Shown: positions 1 to 10,226, counted from the stretch's first letter. The stretch: 64,000 bases of DNA from Candidatus Hydrogenedentota bacterium (GCA_963745075.1 CAVUWV010000020.1:64001-128000), one strand, 5' to 3'. The notes: generated by a model from the sequence alone, not told the origin. Made by a program: numbers and translations.

Positions 1-99
1 GAACGACACGGAGGGAAGATTTGGGTTGAGTCGGCTCCCGGAGAGGGCGCCCATTTCAAATTCACGATGGGTGCGCAGGAAGGAGAAACGGGCACGTGA
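1..99 (+). CDS. Sensor histidine kinase, C-terminal end (partial, runs off the left edge)
   Basis: Frame 1 reads [23 protein letters not shown]...*, a typical HATPase_c C-terminus. Its TGA (97-99) overlaps the next ATG (TGATG). Confidence 0.85.
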   Translation, partial: ERHGGKIWVESAPGEGAHFKFTMGAQEGETGT

Positions 100-545
100 T
101 GTCGCAGAGGGCGAGACCGGCGGTCATTCTGCTTGTTGAAGACGACCCCGACGATCAGGAATTGACGAAGCGGGCATTGCGATCGAGCAAGCTGCTCAAC
201 ACGCTCAAAATCGTGAACGACGGGGAACAAGCCCTGGACTATTTGTATCAGCGCGGCGACTTCGCCGGCCCCGACACGGCACCGCGTCCCGAGCTGATTC
301 TTCTCGATTTGAACATGCCGAAGCTGGATGGACGTTCGGTACTGACGCGGATCAAGCAGGACCCCGAATTGCGAAGCATCCCCGTGGTGATTCTGACGAC
401 GTCGTCGCGGGAAGAAGACGTGGCGCGCAGTTACCACTTGGGCGTGAATTCGTATATCACGAAGCCCGTTCGTATGGAAGGGTTCATCCGGGCGATTCAA
501 GACCTGGAGCACTACTGGTTCGATCTCGTCGTGCTTCCCTCTTAA
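99..545 (+). CDS. Single-domain response regulator (Rcp1-like receiver)
   Basis: ILLVEDD, LILLDLNMP and ILTTS motifs plus SYITKP. Translationally coupled to the upstream kinase. Confidence 0.92.
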   Translation: MSQRARPAVILLVEDDPDDQELTKRALRSSKLLNTLKIVNDGEQALDYLYQRGDFAGPDTAPRPELILLDLNMPKLDGRSVLTRIKQDPELRSIPVVILTTSSREEDVARSYHLGVNSYITKPVRMEGFIRAIQDLEHYWFDLVVLPS

Positions 546-1734
546 GAGGCGCTATTCTCCTCGCGCGGCAGATCGATAGGCAACGCAAAGAAGAAGGTTG
601 AACCGCCTTCGCCGCGCGAGTCCACCCAGATATGCCCGCCGTGGTATTCGATGATTTTGCGGCACAGGGCAAGCCCGATTCCGACGCCCCGGGCGCTCGG
701 TCCGTGACTCCCGCGGGCGAACATGAGAAAAATTTCGTCCGCGTCTTCTTCTGAAACGCCCAAACCGTTGTCGTGCACTTCGCAGAACCATTGATCGCCT
801 TTGCGAGTCGCGGCGATTTCGATCTGCGGGGCGGCGTCGGACCGGTATTTCAGCGCGTTGTCCACCAGGTTTTCGAAAACGCCGCGCATGAGACGGCGGT
901 CACCGCTGACAATGGGCAGTTCGCCGATGGTCACCGTGGCGCCGGCTCGCTGAATGCGATAGTCCAAGGCATCGCAAACACTTCGGGCGACCTCGCCGAG
1001 ATCGATGTCGCTGAACGGCTTTCGCTGCCGGCGCGTGAGTGAGTAGTCCAGGACCAATTGCACCAGCATCTCCATGTTCCGGACTTCGAGGAAAACACAA
1101 TCCATGGACTCGGTCAGCGAATCGAGCTTTTTTGGGGGTCGGCCCCGGCCAACTCGGGCTCGATACTGCTGACGTGTTCTGCCAACATCCGCAAGGGTTG
1201 TTGCAGGTCGCGCGCGACGATTTCCGCAAACTGTTCCAGCTCGAGGTTGCTTCGGTGCAATTCGGCGGTGCGTTCGCGCACCCGGCTTTCCAATTCCTCA
1301 TTCGCTTCGCGCAAGGCCTCGCGGACGCGGTAATTCTCGATGGCGTACCGGATGGACCGTTCGATGAGGGCAGGCGTGAGGTTGGTCTTTTCGATGTAGT
1401 CAAAGGCGCCCAACTCCATCGCTTGCATGTCGACCTCGACGTTTCCGTGGCCGGTGAGCAGGATCACGGGCCGTTGGTATCCACGCCCGCGCATCTCGCG
1501 CAACAATTCCAGGCCGGTGTGTTCGCCGAGTTGGTAGTCGAGCAGGCAGATGTCGTGGACGTCGGCGGCGACGGTCTCCAACGCCTTCTCGAAGGACGAA
1601 ACCCAGTCAACCGAATAGGTTGCGGTGACAGCCCTCCGGAGATACTTGTCAACGACGATGTATTCCTCTTCATCGTCGTCGACTACGAGGACCCGTATGG
1701 AATGCGATTTCATCGCTCTGCTCCCCATATCCAT
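542..1734 (-). CDS. Hybrid receiver + HisKA-like + HATPase protein, split by a frameshift at ~1128-1138; phosphoacceptor His replaced by Arg
   Basis: 1114-1734 encodes REC (VDDD, LLDYQL, LTG, EK), a coiled coil and EQFAEIVARDLQQPLR. 542-1105 encodes the N box (ENLVDNALKY), G1 (DNGLG) and G2 (GIGLALC). Adding one base in the C5A6 run joins the two frames. Confidence 0.8.
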
Positions 1735-1776
1735 TTTATCAGAAAATCCGTCCGGTCGTTCGCCATGGTGTTCCGC

Positions 1777-2508
1777 CTACTTTCCGCGTGCCAGCCGACG
1801 CGCCAACTGCGGCGGCAGGCCCGCGTCAAGGACTTTCTGAGCCGTCACACTGATGTCGTACTGAACCCGGCAAAACTCAAATATCCGCTTTTCCGTTTCG
1901 TAGATTCCGAAGGCGGCGCGCGGATCGTGGTCGCGTGGTTGACCGACCGAGCCGGGATTGATGAAATAGCGGTTTACGGGATTCAGGGTCACGCAATTGG
2001 ATTGCAACGACTGCGGGCCGCTCCCCCGCTCGCCAAAGAGCGACGCGCGATGGCTATGGCCAAAGAAACACACGCGCGCATTGGAACGCATGAGATATTC
2101 GACATAGCGCATGGCGTCGAGCCAGTCGAGGATGTAGTCGTCGCGGTTTCCGGGCGCGCCGTGGACGGCCAGCGTGTCGTCGTCGATCGCAATTTCGCGG
2201 GGAACCTGGCGAAGCCAGATCCGATTTTCGGGCCGGAGCTGCTCGGATTGCCAAAAGATTGCGGCCTGGGCGTTCTCGTTGAAGAACCAGGGTTCCTCCA
2301 GCCCGCACACGGCGGCATCGTGGTTGCCCATCAAGGTGGGGATTTCTCGCTCACGAATGATGTCGATCACTTCGTTCGGATTCGCATAGTACCCAGCAAC
2401 GTCGCCAAGACAGACGATTCTCGCGGGCTTAATCTCATCGAGCTGCTTGAAAACAGCCTGGGTAGCTTCCAGGTTGGCGTGAAGGTCGGCGATTATACCT
2501 ACTAGCAT
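1777..2508 (-). CDS. Metallophosphoesterase (calcineurin-like)
   Basis: DLHAN, GDVAGY, GNHD, HG, GHSH and NPGSVGQPRD motifs. ATG at 2508 with GAGGA RBS. Confidence 0.9.
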   Translation of the reverse strand: MLVGIIADLHANLEATQAVFKQLDEIKPARIVCLGDVAGYYANPNEVIDIIREREIPTLMGNHDAAVCGLEEPWFFNENAQAAIFWQSEQLRPENRIWLRQVPREIAIDDDTLAVHGAPGNRDDYILDWLDAMRYVEYLMRSNARVCFFGHSHRASLFGERGSGPQSLQSNCVTLNPVNRYFINPGSVGQPRDHDPRAAFGIYETEKRIFEFCRVQYDISVTAQKVLDAGLPPQLARRLARGK

Positions 2509-2704
2509 GTTATCCTCGTTGGGCGTCCGCGCCGGTTCTGAGAACCGCCGCATAGCAGCACGACATGATCTTATGATATGAATGCAGTGCGGGTAAAGTG
2601 CGGCGTAATGCCCCGGAAAACACGGACTATCGCACGGACAATTCTTGCGAGGCATTTCCGCGGCGGTTTACCGTCCGAGGCAGGATACTCAGGGAGACAT
2701 CGCC

Positions 2705-3955
2705 ATGGCGCCGACAAAGGACTTAGCCCTGTTTCACGGGGCCGCGTTGGCCATCTTCATGTTTCTTGGAGCGGGAACTGCCAGGAGCCAGTCTATCGAA
2801 TTCTACAAGCACGCCATCGACGACGCTTTTGAAGCCGGATATCAGGTAAGCGTCGCGGACGTGGACGGAGACGGGCTCGACAACGTCATCGCACTGTCCA
2901 CGACGCCGTCCCGGCTGGTTTGGTACAAGAATCCGGACTGGGCCTGCTACACCGTTTCGAGCACAAACGAGCGCAATATCGACATCGCCCCGTACGATAT
3001 TGACGGGGACGGTGACCCCGATTTGGCGCTCGCCAGCGAATTCAGCCTTGGCAGTTCGCTTCATGGAGGCCGGGTGCAGTGGTTGGAATGTCCGGACATT
3101 CCCGAGCAGAATCAGGAGTGGGCCGCCCACGATATCGACCGGGTTCCAACGTCTCACCGGCTCCGGTGGGCCGACCTCGACGGAAACGGGGTCAAGGAGC
3201 TCCTTGACCTGCCCATCATCGGGATCGGCGCGCATGCGCCGGAATACGAGGTGGGTGTTCAGTTCAAAGCATACGAGATTCCCGCCGAGCCCAAATCGGG
3301 GAATTGGTTTGCACACATGATCGACGACTCGTTGCACATGGCCCACGGAATCGCCGTGGTCGCGTGGGACGACGACGCGGCGAGTGAGATCCTCACGGCA
3401 AGCTTCGAAGGAATCCATCTCTATACGCTGGCCTTGGACGCGAAAAATGCCAACAAGACGCACTTGGGTTCCGGAAAGCCGGGGGCTCGCCCAGGGCAGG
3501 GATCGAGTGAAGTCGACATGGGGAGGCTTTCTTCCGAAAATCGGCGCTTTGTGGCGACGATTGAACCCTGGCACGGAAACGAGGTGGTGGCATACACACC
3601 GGGCGCGACAGAGGGCGCGCCATGGTCTCGCAGGGTCATCGACGACCAATTGAGGGACGGGCACGCGCTAAAGTGTGCAGATTTCGACGGGGACGGCAAC
3701 GATGAAATTGTGGCTGGGTACCGTGGCGCCGACCACAATCTTTACCTATACCGTTACGATGGCGAAAACCACCGCTGGAATCGGACCACATTGGATGAGA
3801 GCGGTATGGGTGCTGCGGGTCTGTTTCTAGCCGATCTGAATCGGGACGGGGCCGTTGACCTCGTTGCCATCGGCAGCGCGACAAATAACGTCGTGTGGTA
3901 CGAGAATCTCGCAGGCCACACGGAAACAGAAGCCAACGCAAAGGGGCCTCGTTGA
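2705..3955 (+). CDS. Secreted FG-GAP/VCBS beta-propeller, aldos-2-ulose dehydratase propeller-like
   Basis: Signal peptide, repeated DxDGDG motifs, and His motifs SHRL, HGI, EPWHGN and GHAL. ATG 2705 follows an AGGGAG RBS. Confidence 0.75.
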   Translation: MAPTKDLALFHGAALAIFMFLGAGTARSQSIEFYKHAIDDAFEAGYQVSVADVDGDGLDNVIALSTTPSRLVWYKNPDWACYTVSSTNERNIDIAPYDIDGDGDPDLALASEFSLGSSLHGGRVQWLECPDIPEQNQEWAAHDIDRVPTSHRLRWADLDGNGVKELLDLPIIGIGAHAPEYEVGVQFKAYEIPAEPKSGNWFAHMIDDSLHMAHGIAVVAWDDDAASEILTASFEGIHLYTLALDAKNANKTHLGSGKPGARPGQGSSEVDMGRLSSENRRFVATIEPWHGNEVVAYTPGATEGAPWSRRVIDDQLRDGHALKCADFDGDGNDEIVAGYRGADHNLYLYRYDGENHRWNRTTLDESGMGAAGLFLADLNRDGAVDLVAIGSATNNVVWYENLAGHTETEANAKGPR

Positions 3956-3958
3956 CGG

Positions 3959-4702
3959 ATGGATGCTTTCGATCGAGCGGCAATGCTCTATGAAGTCTTC
4001 TCGAATACCGAGGGCCGACTCAACCGGGAAGGGCCGTTTCTCATGGATGTACTGTCACGCGGTCCGGGCAAGCGCGTTGCCGACATCGCCTGCGGGACGG
4101 GCCTGCACGCGTTATTCTTCGCCGAGCACGGTGCGCGGGTGCACGCGTACGACATCAGCGAAGGGATGATCGAACATGCCCAGTCGGTGCGTCCTCACGA
4201 GCACGTCGAGTACGCAGTTCATGATATGCGCGAACCGCTTCCCGAAACGTTCGACCTGGTCCTTTGTACCGGAAACTCCCTTTCGCTGCTGACCTCGGTT
4301 GAGGATCTGCGACGGTGCTTTGCGGCGGTTTACGACGCACTTTCCGGCGGAGGGCGGTTCCTGGCACAAGTTCTGAACTATGCCTCACCCGGGAATCAGA
4401 AGGTCCGCACCCGCGTGGAGGAGCGAACGGTGAACGACTCGAACGTCGTCGCCGTGAAGTGCCTGGCGCCGCGCGGAAAACACACGTACCTTACGCTGAC
4501 CTACTTTGTAGAATCCGGGCTGAACACCACCGCCGCGTCGGAGTCGGCAATTCTCTCCAACTGGAGCCTTAGAGACCTGACGAAGGCGGCGCAGTGCGCA
4601 GGGCTTGCAGTCCTGGAGACACTCGGCGGATTCAATGGGGAGCCGTACAACCCGGACACTTCCAGCGATCTGGTGATGATTTGCGACCGCCCATCGGCGT
4701 AA
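3959..4702 (+). CDS. Class I SAM-dependent methyltransferase
   Basis: Motif I VADIACGTG, DIS, HDMR and FDLVLCTGNS. Confidence 0.9.
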   Translation: MDAFDRAAMLYEVFSNTEGRLNREGPFLMDVLSRGPGKRVADIACGTGLHALFFAEHGARVHAYDISEGMIEHAQSVRPHEHVEYAVHDMREPLPETFDLVLCTGNSLSLLTSVEDLRRCFAAVYDALSGGGRFLAQVLNYASPGNQKVRTRVEERTVNDSNVVAVKCLAPRGKHTYLTLTYFVESGLNTTAASESAILSNWSLRDLTKAAQCAGLAVLETLGGFNGEPYNPDTSSDLVMICDRPSA

Positions 4703-4723
4703 GTCTGCACAGCGGAATCAAGA

Positions 4724-6148
4724 CTACAGTGTTTCTCCAAGCCGGAACACGCAGACGTACCCGAAGACGAGAAATGCCAAGACGAGACCAACAGCAAGGA
4801 CGGGATGGGGTTTGATGAGGGGACGGACGGTGGGCGAGAAGAACCGCGGCATGACGGCGTACAAGACCCATCCGACCGCGACCGCCTGGAGCGGAGTCAG
4901 GAGCAACCCGTCGAGGACTGCGCTGAGTTTCACGAGAAAGACGGGCTTGGGCCCGAAGGCGTATACGATGATCAGGTTCGATATGGCATATAGCACCAGG
5001 ACCGTGCGAAATTGGCGTTTCCACGACCATCGTGCCACACCCGGGATGAGGATGCGCCCACAATCTGCAAGTAAGCGCGGCCAACCGGCAAACTGACCGA
5101 GCATGGTGCTGATCATGGCGGCCAATCCCGCGAGCACAAAGAGGTGGGCGCCCAGTTCACCCCATCGGTCCCCGAATAACCGGGAGAGCTGAAGGGCAAC
5201 TTCGGAGCCCTCGGGGGCAATGTGCTGTACACCAAGCACGCCCGCCCCGGCAATCATGAATGCGGCAGTTACGGCAATGCCGATGATGACAGCCATCGAT
5301 GCATCGAACGTGACAACCCGCCGCCAGCCGAGCAGACGCCGTGCATCGTTCTCGTCGAGCGATTGTAGTTGGTCCTTATCCAAGGGTTTCCCGTATCCCC
5401 GGCCACGTGCCATGCCGTAGCCGGCGCCCAACACCCAGTATGTGTACCAGACCTGGCTGGCAAACCCGCCTGCGGCCCAGCCAAGCAGGGGCAAGATTTC
5501 GAGCCACGGAGACTTGGGCGGTCCCTCGCCTTGAAACCATGCCGGGGCCGGAGGAATCTCAAATCCGAAGAGACCGTGGAGGATCGCGTTCAGACCGGGC
5601 CACGTCGCAAATGCGACCGTAAACGTCCCGATGATGATGAGAAGCACGAGGAGCGACATGACCTGTTTCAGGGGGTTGTATTCCCCACTCCAAACGAGCG
5701 CGATGACGGCCAGAACGATGATCCAACCAAGGTAGAAGGTGTAGTCGGGAGGGACTGGTATGAAGTACGCCACGAATATGGCCGCTACGCTTGCAAGGGC
5801 GCTGGTCGAGATGGCGCCGGAGCTGATCTGTCCGATGAACACGGGCCACAAGACCCAATTGCGGGGCCCGGGGGTCCGGCTCATCATGTCGACCATGCCT
5901 TCGCCGGTGGTGACGGTGTAGTGGGCGCCGGCGAGGCCAATCCAGAACTTGGCGAAAATAGCGATGGTCGGGACCCACAACAGGGCCACGCCGTAGATGG
6001 CGCCGGCGCGCGTGGACAGGATCACTTCGCCGGAACCGATGTATTCGCCGCACCACATCAGCCCCGGGCCCAAGGCAAGTAACAGCAGAATCCCCCGTGG
6101 CGCGCGCGGGACCCGTGGCTGGTCTCTCCCCTCTTCCGCGGTTGTCAT
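4724..6148 (-). CDS. Nramp/YcsG-like membrane transporter
   Basis: LGPGL...IGSGEVIL...GAIYG N-terminal motif and about 11 hydrophobic segments. Start could be 6148, 6157 or 6160. Confidence 0.75.
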   Translation of the reverse strand: MTTAEEGRDQPRVPRAPRGILLLLALGPGLMWCGEYIGSGEVILSTRAGAIYGVALLWVPTIAIFAKFWIGLAGAHYTVTTGEGMVDMMSRTPGPRNWVLWPVFIGQISSGAISTSALASVAAIFVAYFIPVPPDYTFYLGWIIVLAVIALVWSGEYNPLKQVMSLLVLLIIIGTFTVAFATWPGLNAILHGLFGFEIPPAPAWFQGEGPPKSPWLEILPLLGWAAGGFASQVWYTYWVLGAGYGMARGRGYGKPLDKDQLQSLDENDARRLLGWRRVVTFDASMAVIIGIAVTAAFMIAGAGVLGVQHIAPEGSEVALQLSRLFGDRWGELGAHLFVLAGLAAMISTMLGQFAGWPRLLADCGRILIPGVARWSWKRQFRTVLVLYAISNLIIVYAFGPKPVFLVKLSAVLDGLLLTPLQAVAVGWVLYAVMPRFFSPTVRPLIKPHPVLAVGLVLAFLVFGYVCVFRLGETL

Positions 6149-6255
6149 GGCGCCCATCATCGGGATTTCGGGTGGGGTTCGCAACTTTCGAGGAAGAATT
6201 GCAGTAGCGTAGTCGAATGGATCAGGGTCGCGTAACCGAGGCCATCGCACAAGGG

Positions 6256-6354
6256 AATGAGACCTATACGACGAATGGGACCTATTGGCACAAGACATCC
6301 GTTGTTCGCTGCTGGTTTCTTCCTATTGGTCCCATAGGTCAGATGGGTCCCATT
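6256..6354. repeat. Inverted pair of degenerate 9-nt tandem arrays (GGGACCTAT)
   Basis: GAGACCTAT-ACGACGAAT-GGGACCTAT at ~6259-6285, and reverse-complement units (ATTGGTCCC-ATAGGTCAG-ATGGGTCCC) at ~6325-6351. Confidence 0.65.
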
Positions 6355-6412
6355 GACACGGCGTAGCCCCTGCTAGCGCCCACTCCCGAAAAACAGCTAC
6401 ACTGCATGTCTC

Positions 6413-8497
6413 ATGGATGCATACCAACTCGAAAACGACCGAATCTCTGTAACCTTCGATAAGGTTACTGGGGCGCTCACGCAACTCATATTCAAAGACT
6501 CGGGTTGGTCGGTACAACGGCGGCCGGAATTGTCGCAATCGTTCGGTCTGCTGGTTCCGGTTCCGGGGAAGCGGAACACGCGGGTAGTCGGCCGACGGCA
6601 GAAGCTTTCCAACGCTGGGCGCGAAGGTGATTCGCTTCGGTTCACTTGGGAAGGACTCGACACTGAAACCGGCGTTTCGCTCGACATCCAGTTGACGGGA
6701 ATGGTCTCGCTACGCGATAACCAACTGGAATTTACCGCGGCCATCGAAAATCGCACGGATCACATCGTAGAGGCGTGTATCTGGCCGTGGCTGGGCGATC
6801 TTTCGCGGCCCGAGGGCTCCACGCGCTTCTTTCATCTGCATCAAGCGTACGGGACGGCGGTAAATGAATCGCTCTATCCCTCGTTTGAAAGTCATCGGGG
6901 CTGTTTTGGGGTCGAACATCCCTTGCAACTTTCCGCAACGCCGAGTTCGCCGTTTGTGATTGCACATAACGGATCGCAGGGTCTTTACGTCGGGTATCAC
7001 GACACCACGGCGGAGCACTTGGTGCAATTTCGTTTTGAACTGTTTCCGGGATTCGAGTTTGCCGAGGCGTTTGAAGCAGGCACGGTGCCAAAGGACGACA
7101 CGCTCGGGGGAGCGCCGGTACATCTCGAGTGTGCGGTCATTCACTTTCCTTTCGCGGGTTCGGGCGTATCGGAACTGAAGCCGGTGATTGTTGCGCCCTA
7201 CCAGGGGTCTTGGCACATAGGCGTCGATGTTTACAAGACGTGGCGGAAGACGTGGTACGCGCCTCCGAAAAAGCCGAAGTGGTTGAAGCAGGTTCACTCC
7301 TGGCAACAGATTCACGTGAACTCGCCGGAAGAAGAGTACGCCGTGCCGTATCGTGCGTTGCGTGACATCGCCGACGAATGCGCGGAGCATGATGTGCGTG
7401 CGGTGCAAATCACGGGGTGGGCGTCAGGCGGACAGGACCGTAACAATCCTTCGCACGACACGGAGCCCGGTCTGGGGACTTGGGAAGAATTGCACGACGC
7501 AATCCAGTACATGGAGTCGCTGGGCGTGCACGCCGTGCTGTTCAGCAAGTTCACGTGGTCCGACCGTAGCACGGAGTGGTATCGGATGGACCTCAAGCGT
7601 CTGGCCATGAAGGACCCGTACGGCGATGAATACTACTATCCCGGCTACATGTACCTGACTGAAACGCAGCTCGCGAATATCAACACGCGCCGGTTCATTC
7701 CCATGTGCATGAATTGTCAGGAGTGGCTGGACGTTGCGGGCGAGGAATTTCAGAAGGTGCTGGCGCTTGAACCGTCGGGCATGCTCTACGACGAGTGCCA
7801 GCATCACGGCGGCGCAAACTACTGCTTCGATGCGAATCATGGGCACCGCGTGCCGGCGCATGTGTTTGCGGGCGATGCACCGCTTGCAGAAGCCTTTTGT
7901 GATGCTGCAAACGAGCGGGGCCGTGAGTTCCTGATGGCGGGCGAAGATTGTTACGACCTGCAACTCCGCCACTATCACCTTTCCTATTTTCGGATTGGCA
8001 CGGGCCATTTGCCAATGCTGCGGTACATCGCCCCCGATACGGAAATGATGGTCGCCGTGCTCGGGTACAACAATCGCACGGTGATCAATCAGGCGTTGTT
8101 GTACCGCTACATTCTGAGCTACGAGCCGCGCGGGTTTAAGGGACGCTTGTCTGAGTTTCCGCTGACACTCCAGTATGGTAAACAGGTGGACGCACTTCGC
8201 GACCGCTACAACAACTATCTCTGGGATGCCGAATTTCGGGACACGCAGGGGGCGGAGGTATCGATCCTGGACGGACCATCAAGGGTGCGTCACTCCGTGT
8301 TCGTTAGTCACGCAACTGGGAAACGTGCGGTGGTCGTTGTCAATACGAGCTATGACGAGCCGGCAACGGTTCAGGTTCATTTGGAGCCGGCCGCAGATGC
8401 GTTGCGCATTGCGACCCCGGAAGAACCGGCATTGGTGTCTTGCGACGGCTGCGTTCGTTTAGATCCGGTCTCGGCAGCCGTAATTCTGGAGACTTGA
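6413..8497 (+). CDS. DUF6259-like putative glycoside hydrolase (beta-sandwich + TIM barrel)
   Basis: 694 aa ORF starting LENDRISVTFD (beta-sandwich), with GW..GGQD...P..D...LGT and GMLYDE motifs. Sits in a carbohydrate cluster. Confidence 0.65.
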   Translation: MDAYQLENDRISVTFDKVTGALTQLIFKDSGWSVQRRPELSQSFGLLVPVPGKRNTRVVGRRQKLSNAGREGDSLRFTWEGLDTETGVSLDIQLTGMVSLRDNQLEFTAAIENRTDHIVEACIWPWLGDLSRPEGSTRFFHLHQAYGTAVNESLYPSFESHRGCFGVEHPLQLSATPSSPFVIAHNGSQGLYVGYHDTTAEHLVQFRFELFPGFEFAEAFEAGTVPKDDTLGGAPVHLECAVIHFPFAGSGVSELKPVIVAPYQGSWHIGVDVYKTWRKTWYAPPKKPKWLKQVHSWQQIHVNSPEEEYAVPYRALRDIADECAEHDVRAVQITGWASGGQDRNNPSHDTEPGLGTWEELHDAIQYMESLGVHAVLFSKFTWSDRSTEWYRMDLKRLAMKDPYGDEYYYPGYMYLTETQLANINTRRFIPMCMNCQEWLDVAGEEFQKVLALEPSGMLYDECQHHGGANYCFDANHGHRVPAHVFAGDAPLAEAFCDAANERGREFLMAGEDCYDLQLRHYHLSYFRIGTGHLPMLRYIAPDTEMMVAVLGYNNRTVINQALLYRYILSYEPRGFKGRLSEFPLTLQYGKQVDALRDRYNNYLWDAEFRDTQGAEVSILDGPSRVRHSVFVSHATGKRAVVVVNTSYDEPATVQVHLEPAADALRIATPEEPALVSCDGCVRLDPVSAAVILET

Positions 8498-8567
8498 CGA
8501 ACAGTTTGTCTTGGTCGTGCGAATTCCGTTACGGTCGACAGGAAGCGACTCAGGAGTGCAATAGCTC

Positions 8568-10037
8568 ATGGCGGGAGAAAACTTGGTGCGACGAGACTTC
8601 TTGGCGCGAAGCGCGGCTGGCGTCACGGCGGCATTGGCAAACGCCGGAGCGCAGGGCGCAGAGACGTCATCACAACGGAGACCAAACGTCCTTTGGCTGC
8701 TCGGCGACCAGCATCGCGCACAAGCCTTGAGTTGCATGGGCGATCCGAATCTCACCACGCCAAACATCGACAAACTCGCCGGCGGGATTGGCGTGACCGC
8801 AGTCGCCGGATGTCCCCTGTGCACACCGTTCCGCGGCTCGCTGCTGACGAGCCGGTATCCACACGAGTGCACGCCCGGCCACGATTACGCCATGCCGGAT
8901 GGGATGCCGACCGTTGCCGCGCCTTTCAACGAAGCCGGGTATCACACGGCCTATTTCGGCAAGTGGCACGTGGACGGACGGGACAACCGTGCGGAGGGGG
9001 AACGATCCGGAAAACAATTCGTTCGGCCCAAGCGCCGGGGCGGGTTCGAGATGTGGCTGGGCTACGAAAACAACAACGCCCAATACGATTGTTGGCTTCA
9101 CGGTCATGACGTCAAGGGCGATCCCATCGAATTGTTTCAAATTCCGAAGTACGAGACCGACGGCGTCACGGATCATCTTATCGAGTACATCGAGGATCGC
9201 GGCCGCGAACAGGCCGCAGGCGATGCGCGACCGTTCTTCGCCGCTATGTCCGTACAACCGCCCCACTCCCCCTACGTCGCGCCGGAGGAATGGACGGCGC
9301 GCCATCGACCTGAGGATGTGAAATTACGTCGCAACGTCCCGCCGGTGAAGCAGATCGTGGACGATGCGCGACGCGATCTCGCCGGGATATTACGCGATGA
9401 TCGAAAATCTCGACTGGAACATCGGCCGGATCGTCGAGACGCTGGAAGAAGACGGGACAATTGGACAATACATATATCGTCTTCTTCTCGGACCACGGCG
9501 ACATGCATGGATCCCACGCCCGCATCCTCAAATGTGTGCCGTGGGAGGAATCGATTCGGATCCCGTTCATCGTATCCAAAGGCGGAAAACCCTGCATGGA
9601 GCGCGCGGTCCCGTCACCGGTCCACACGCCCATCAATCATGTCGATATCGCGCCGACGACCCTCGGGCTCTGCGGTCTGCCCGTGCCCGAGTGGATGCGC
9701 GGCACCGACATGTCCGGACTCGTCGACAGTTCTCGGGGCGGGCAAGGCTCGACGTTCCGACTCGGCGTTTCTCCAACTCGTCGATCCCGGGTTCAAATAC
9801 GGGTTTGCTTCCGACCGCGAACGTCCCTGGCGCGGCGTGGTGACACAAGACGGGTGGAAATACGCGGTTCTCGAAGGGCAGCCCTGGCTGCTCCATGACC
9901 TCAACGAAGACCCTTACGAACTTGCCAACCACGCCCTGGACGGCCGCTACAAAGTCGAACGCCGTAAGCTGCAGGAACGGCTGGCGGCGTGGATGAACGA
10001 TACCGGGGATACGTTTGCGTTGCCGGAGATTACGTGA
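8568..10037 (+). CDS. Tat-exported sulfatase; three +1 frameshifts (~9385, ~9455, ~9737) restore the net frame
   Basis: RRDFL Tat motif, RPNVL, CTPFR (CxPxR) and GKWH. The conserved segments YYAMIENLDWNIGR and FFSDHGD...E.SIRIP lie in the two other frames. Confidence 0.85.
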   Translation: MAGENLVRRDFLARSAAGVTAALANAGAQGAETSSQRRPNVLWLLGDQHRAQALSCMGDPNLTTPNIDKLAGGIGVTAVAGCPLCTPFRGSLLTSRYPHECTPGHDYAMPDGMPTVAAPFNEAGYHTAYFGKWHVDGRDNRAEGERSGKQFVRPKRRGGFEMWLGYENNNAQYDCWLHGHDVKGDPIELFQIPKYETDGVTDHLIEYIEDRGREQAAGDARPFFAAMSVQPPHSPYVAPEEWTARHRPEDVKLRRNVPPVKQIVDDARRDLAGILRDDRKSRLEHRPDRRDAGRRRDNWTIHISSSSRTTATCMDPTPASSNVCRGRNRFGSRSSYPKAENPAWSARSRHRSTRPSIMSISRRRPSGSAVCPCPSGCAAPTCPDSSTVLGAGKARRSDSAFLQLVDPGFKYGFASDRERPWRGVVTQDGWKYAVLEGQPWLLHDLNEDPYELANHALDGRYKVERRKLQERLAAWMNDTGDTFALPEIT

Positions 10038-10044
10038 GGGAATG

Positions 10045-10226
10045 AGAGACAACAGGGACAGCAGGGACAACAGGGACGTAAGACTCTCTCGTAGGGAATC
10101 TATTCTTTGTCCGTCTCCGTTCCGTGCTCTTCAATGTCTTTCTCTTCTGGAGTGTCTCTTGGAGCCGACCTGTCGTATCGGCAGCCTCTGTTGTTCTTGG
10201 TGTCCCTGCCGTCTCTACGTCCCTGT
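10045..10226. repeat. Left inverted pair of 9-nt tandem arrays (AGGGACAAC-type)
   Basis: AGAGACAAC-AGGGACAGC-AGGGACAAC-AGGGACGTA at 10045-10080. Degenerate reverse-complement units lie at ~10187-10226, inside the 3' end of the four-helix gene. Confidence 0.8.

Noticed and set aside
1128..1138. C5A6 run as a phase-variation or programmed frameshift site
   Set aside because: The run is short, and the window has many similar single-base indels, including in mpl. Assembly error is simpler.
1039..2505. Long antisense ORFs (488 aa here; also 22264-23733, 25373-26395, 47665-49305)
   Set aside because: These are shadow frames of well-supported opposite-strand genes in GC-rich DNA, with no motifs.
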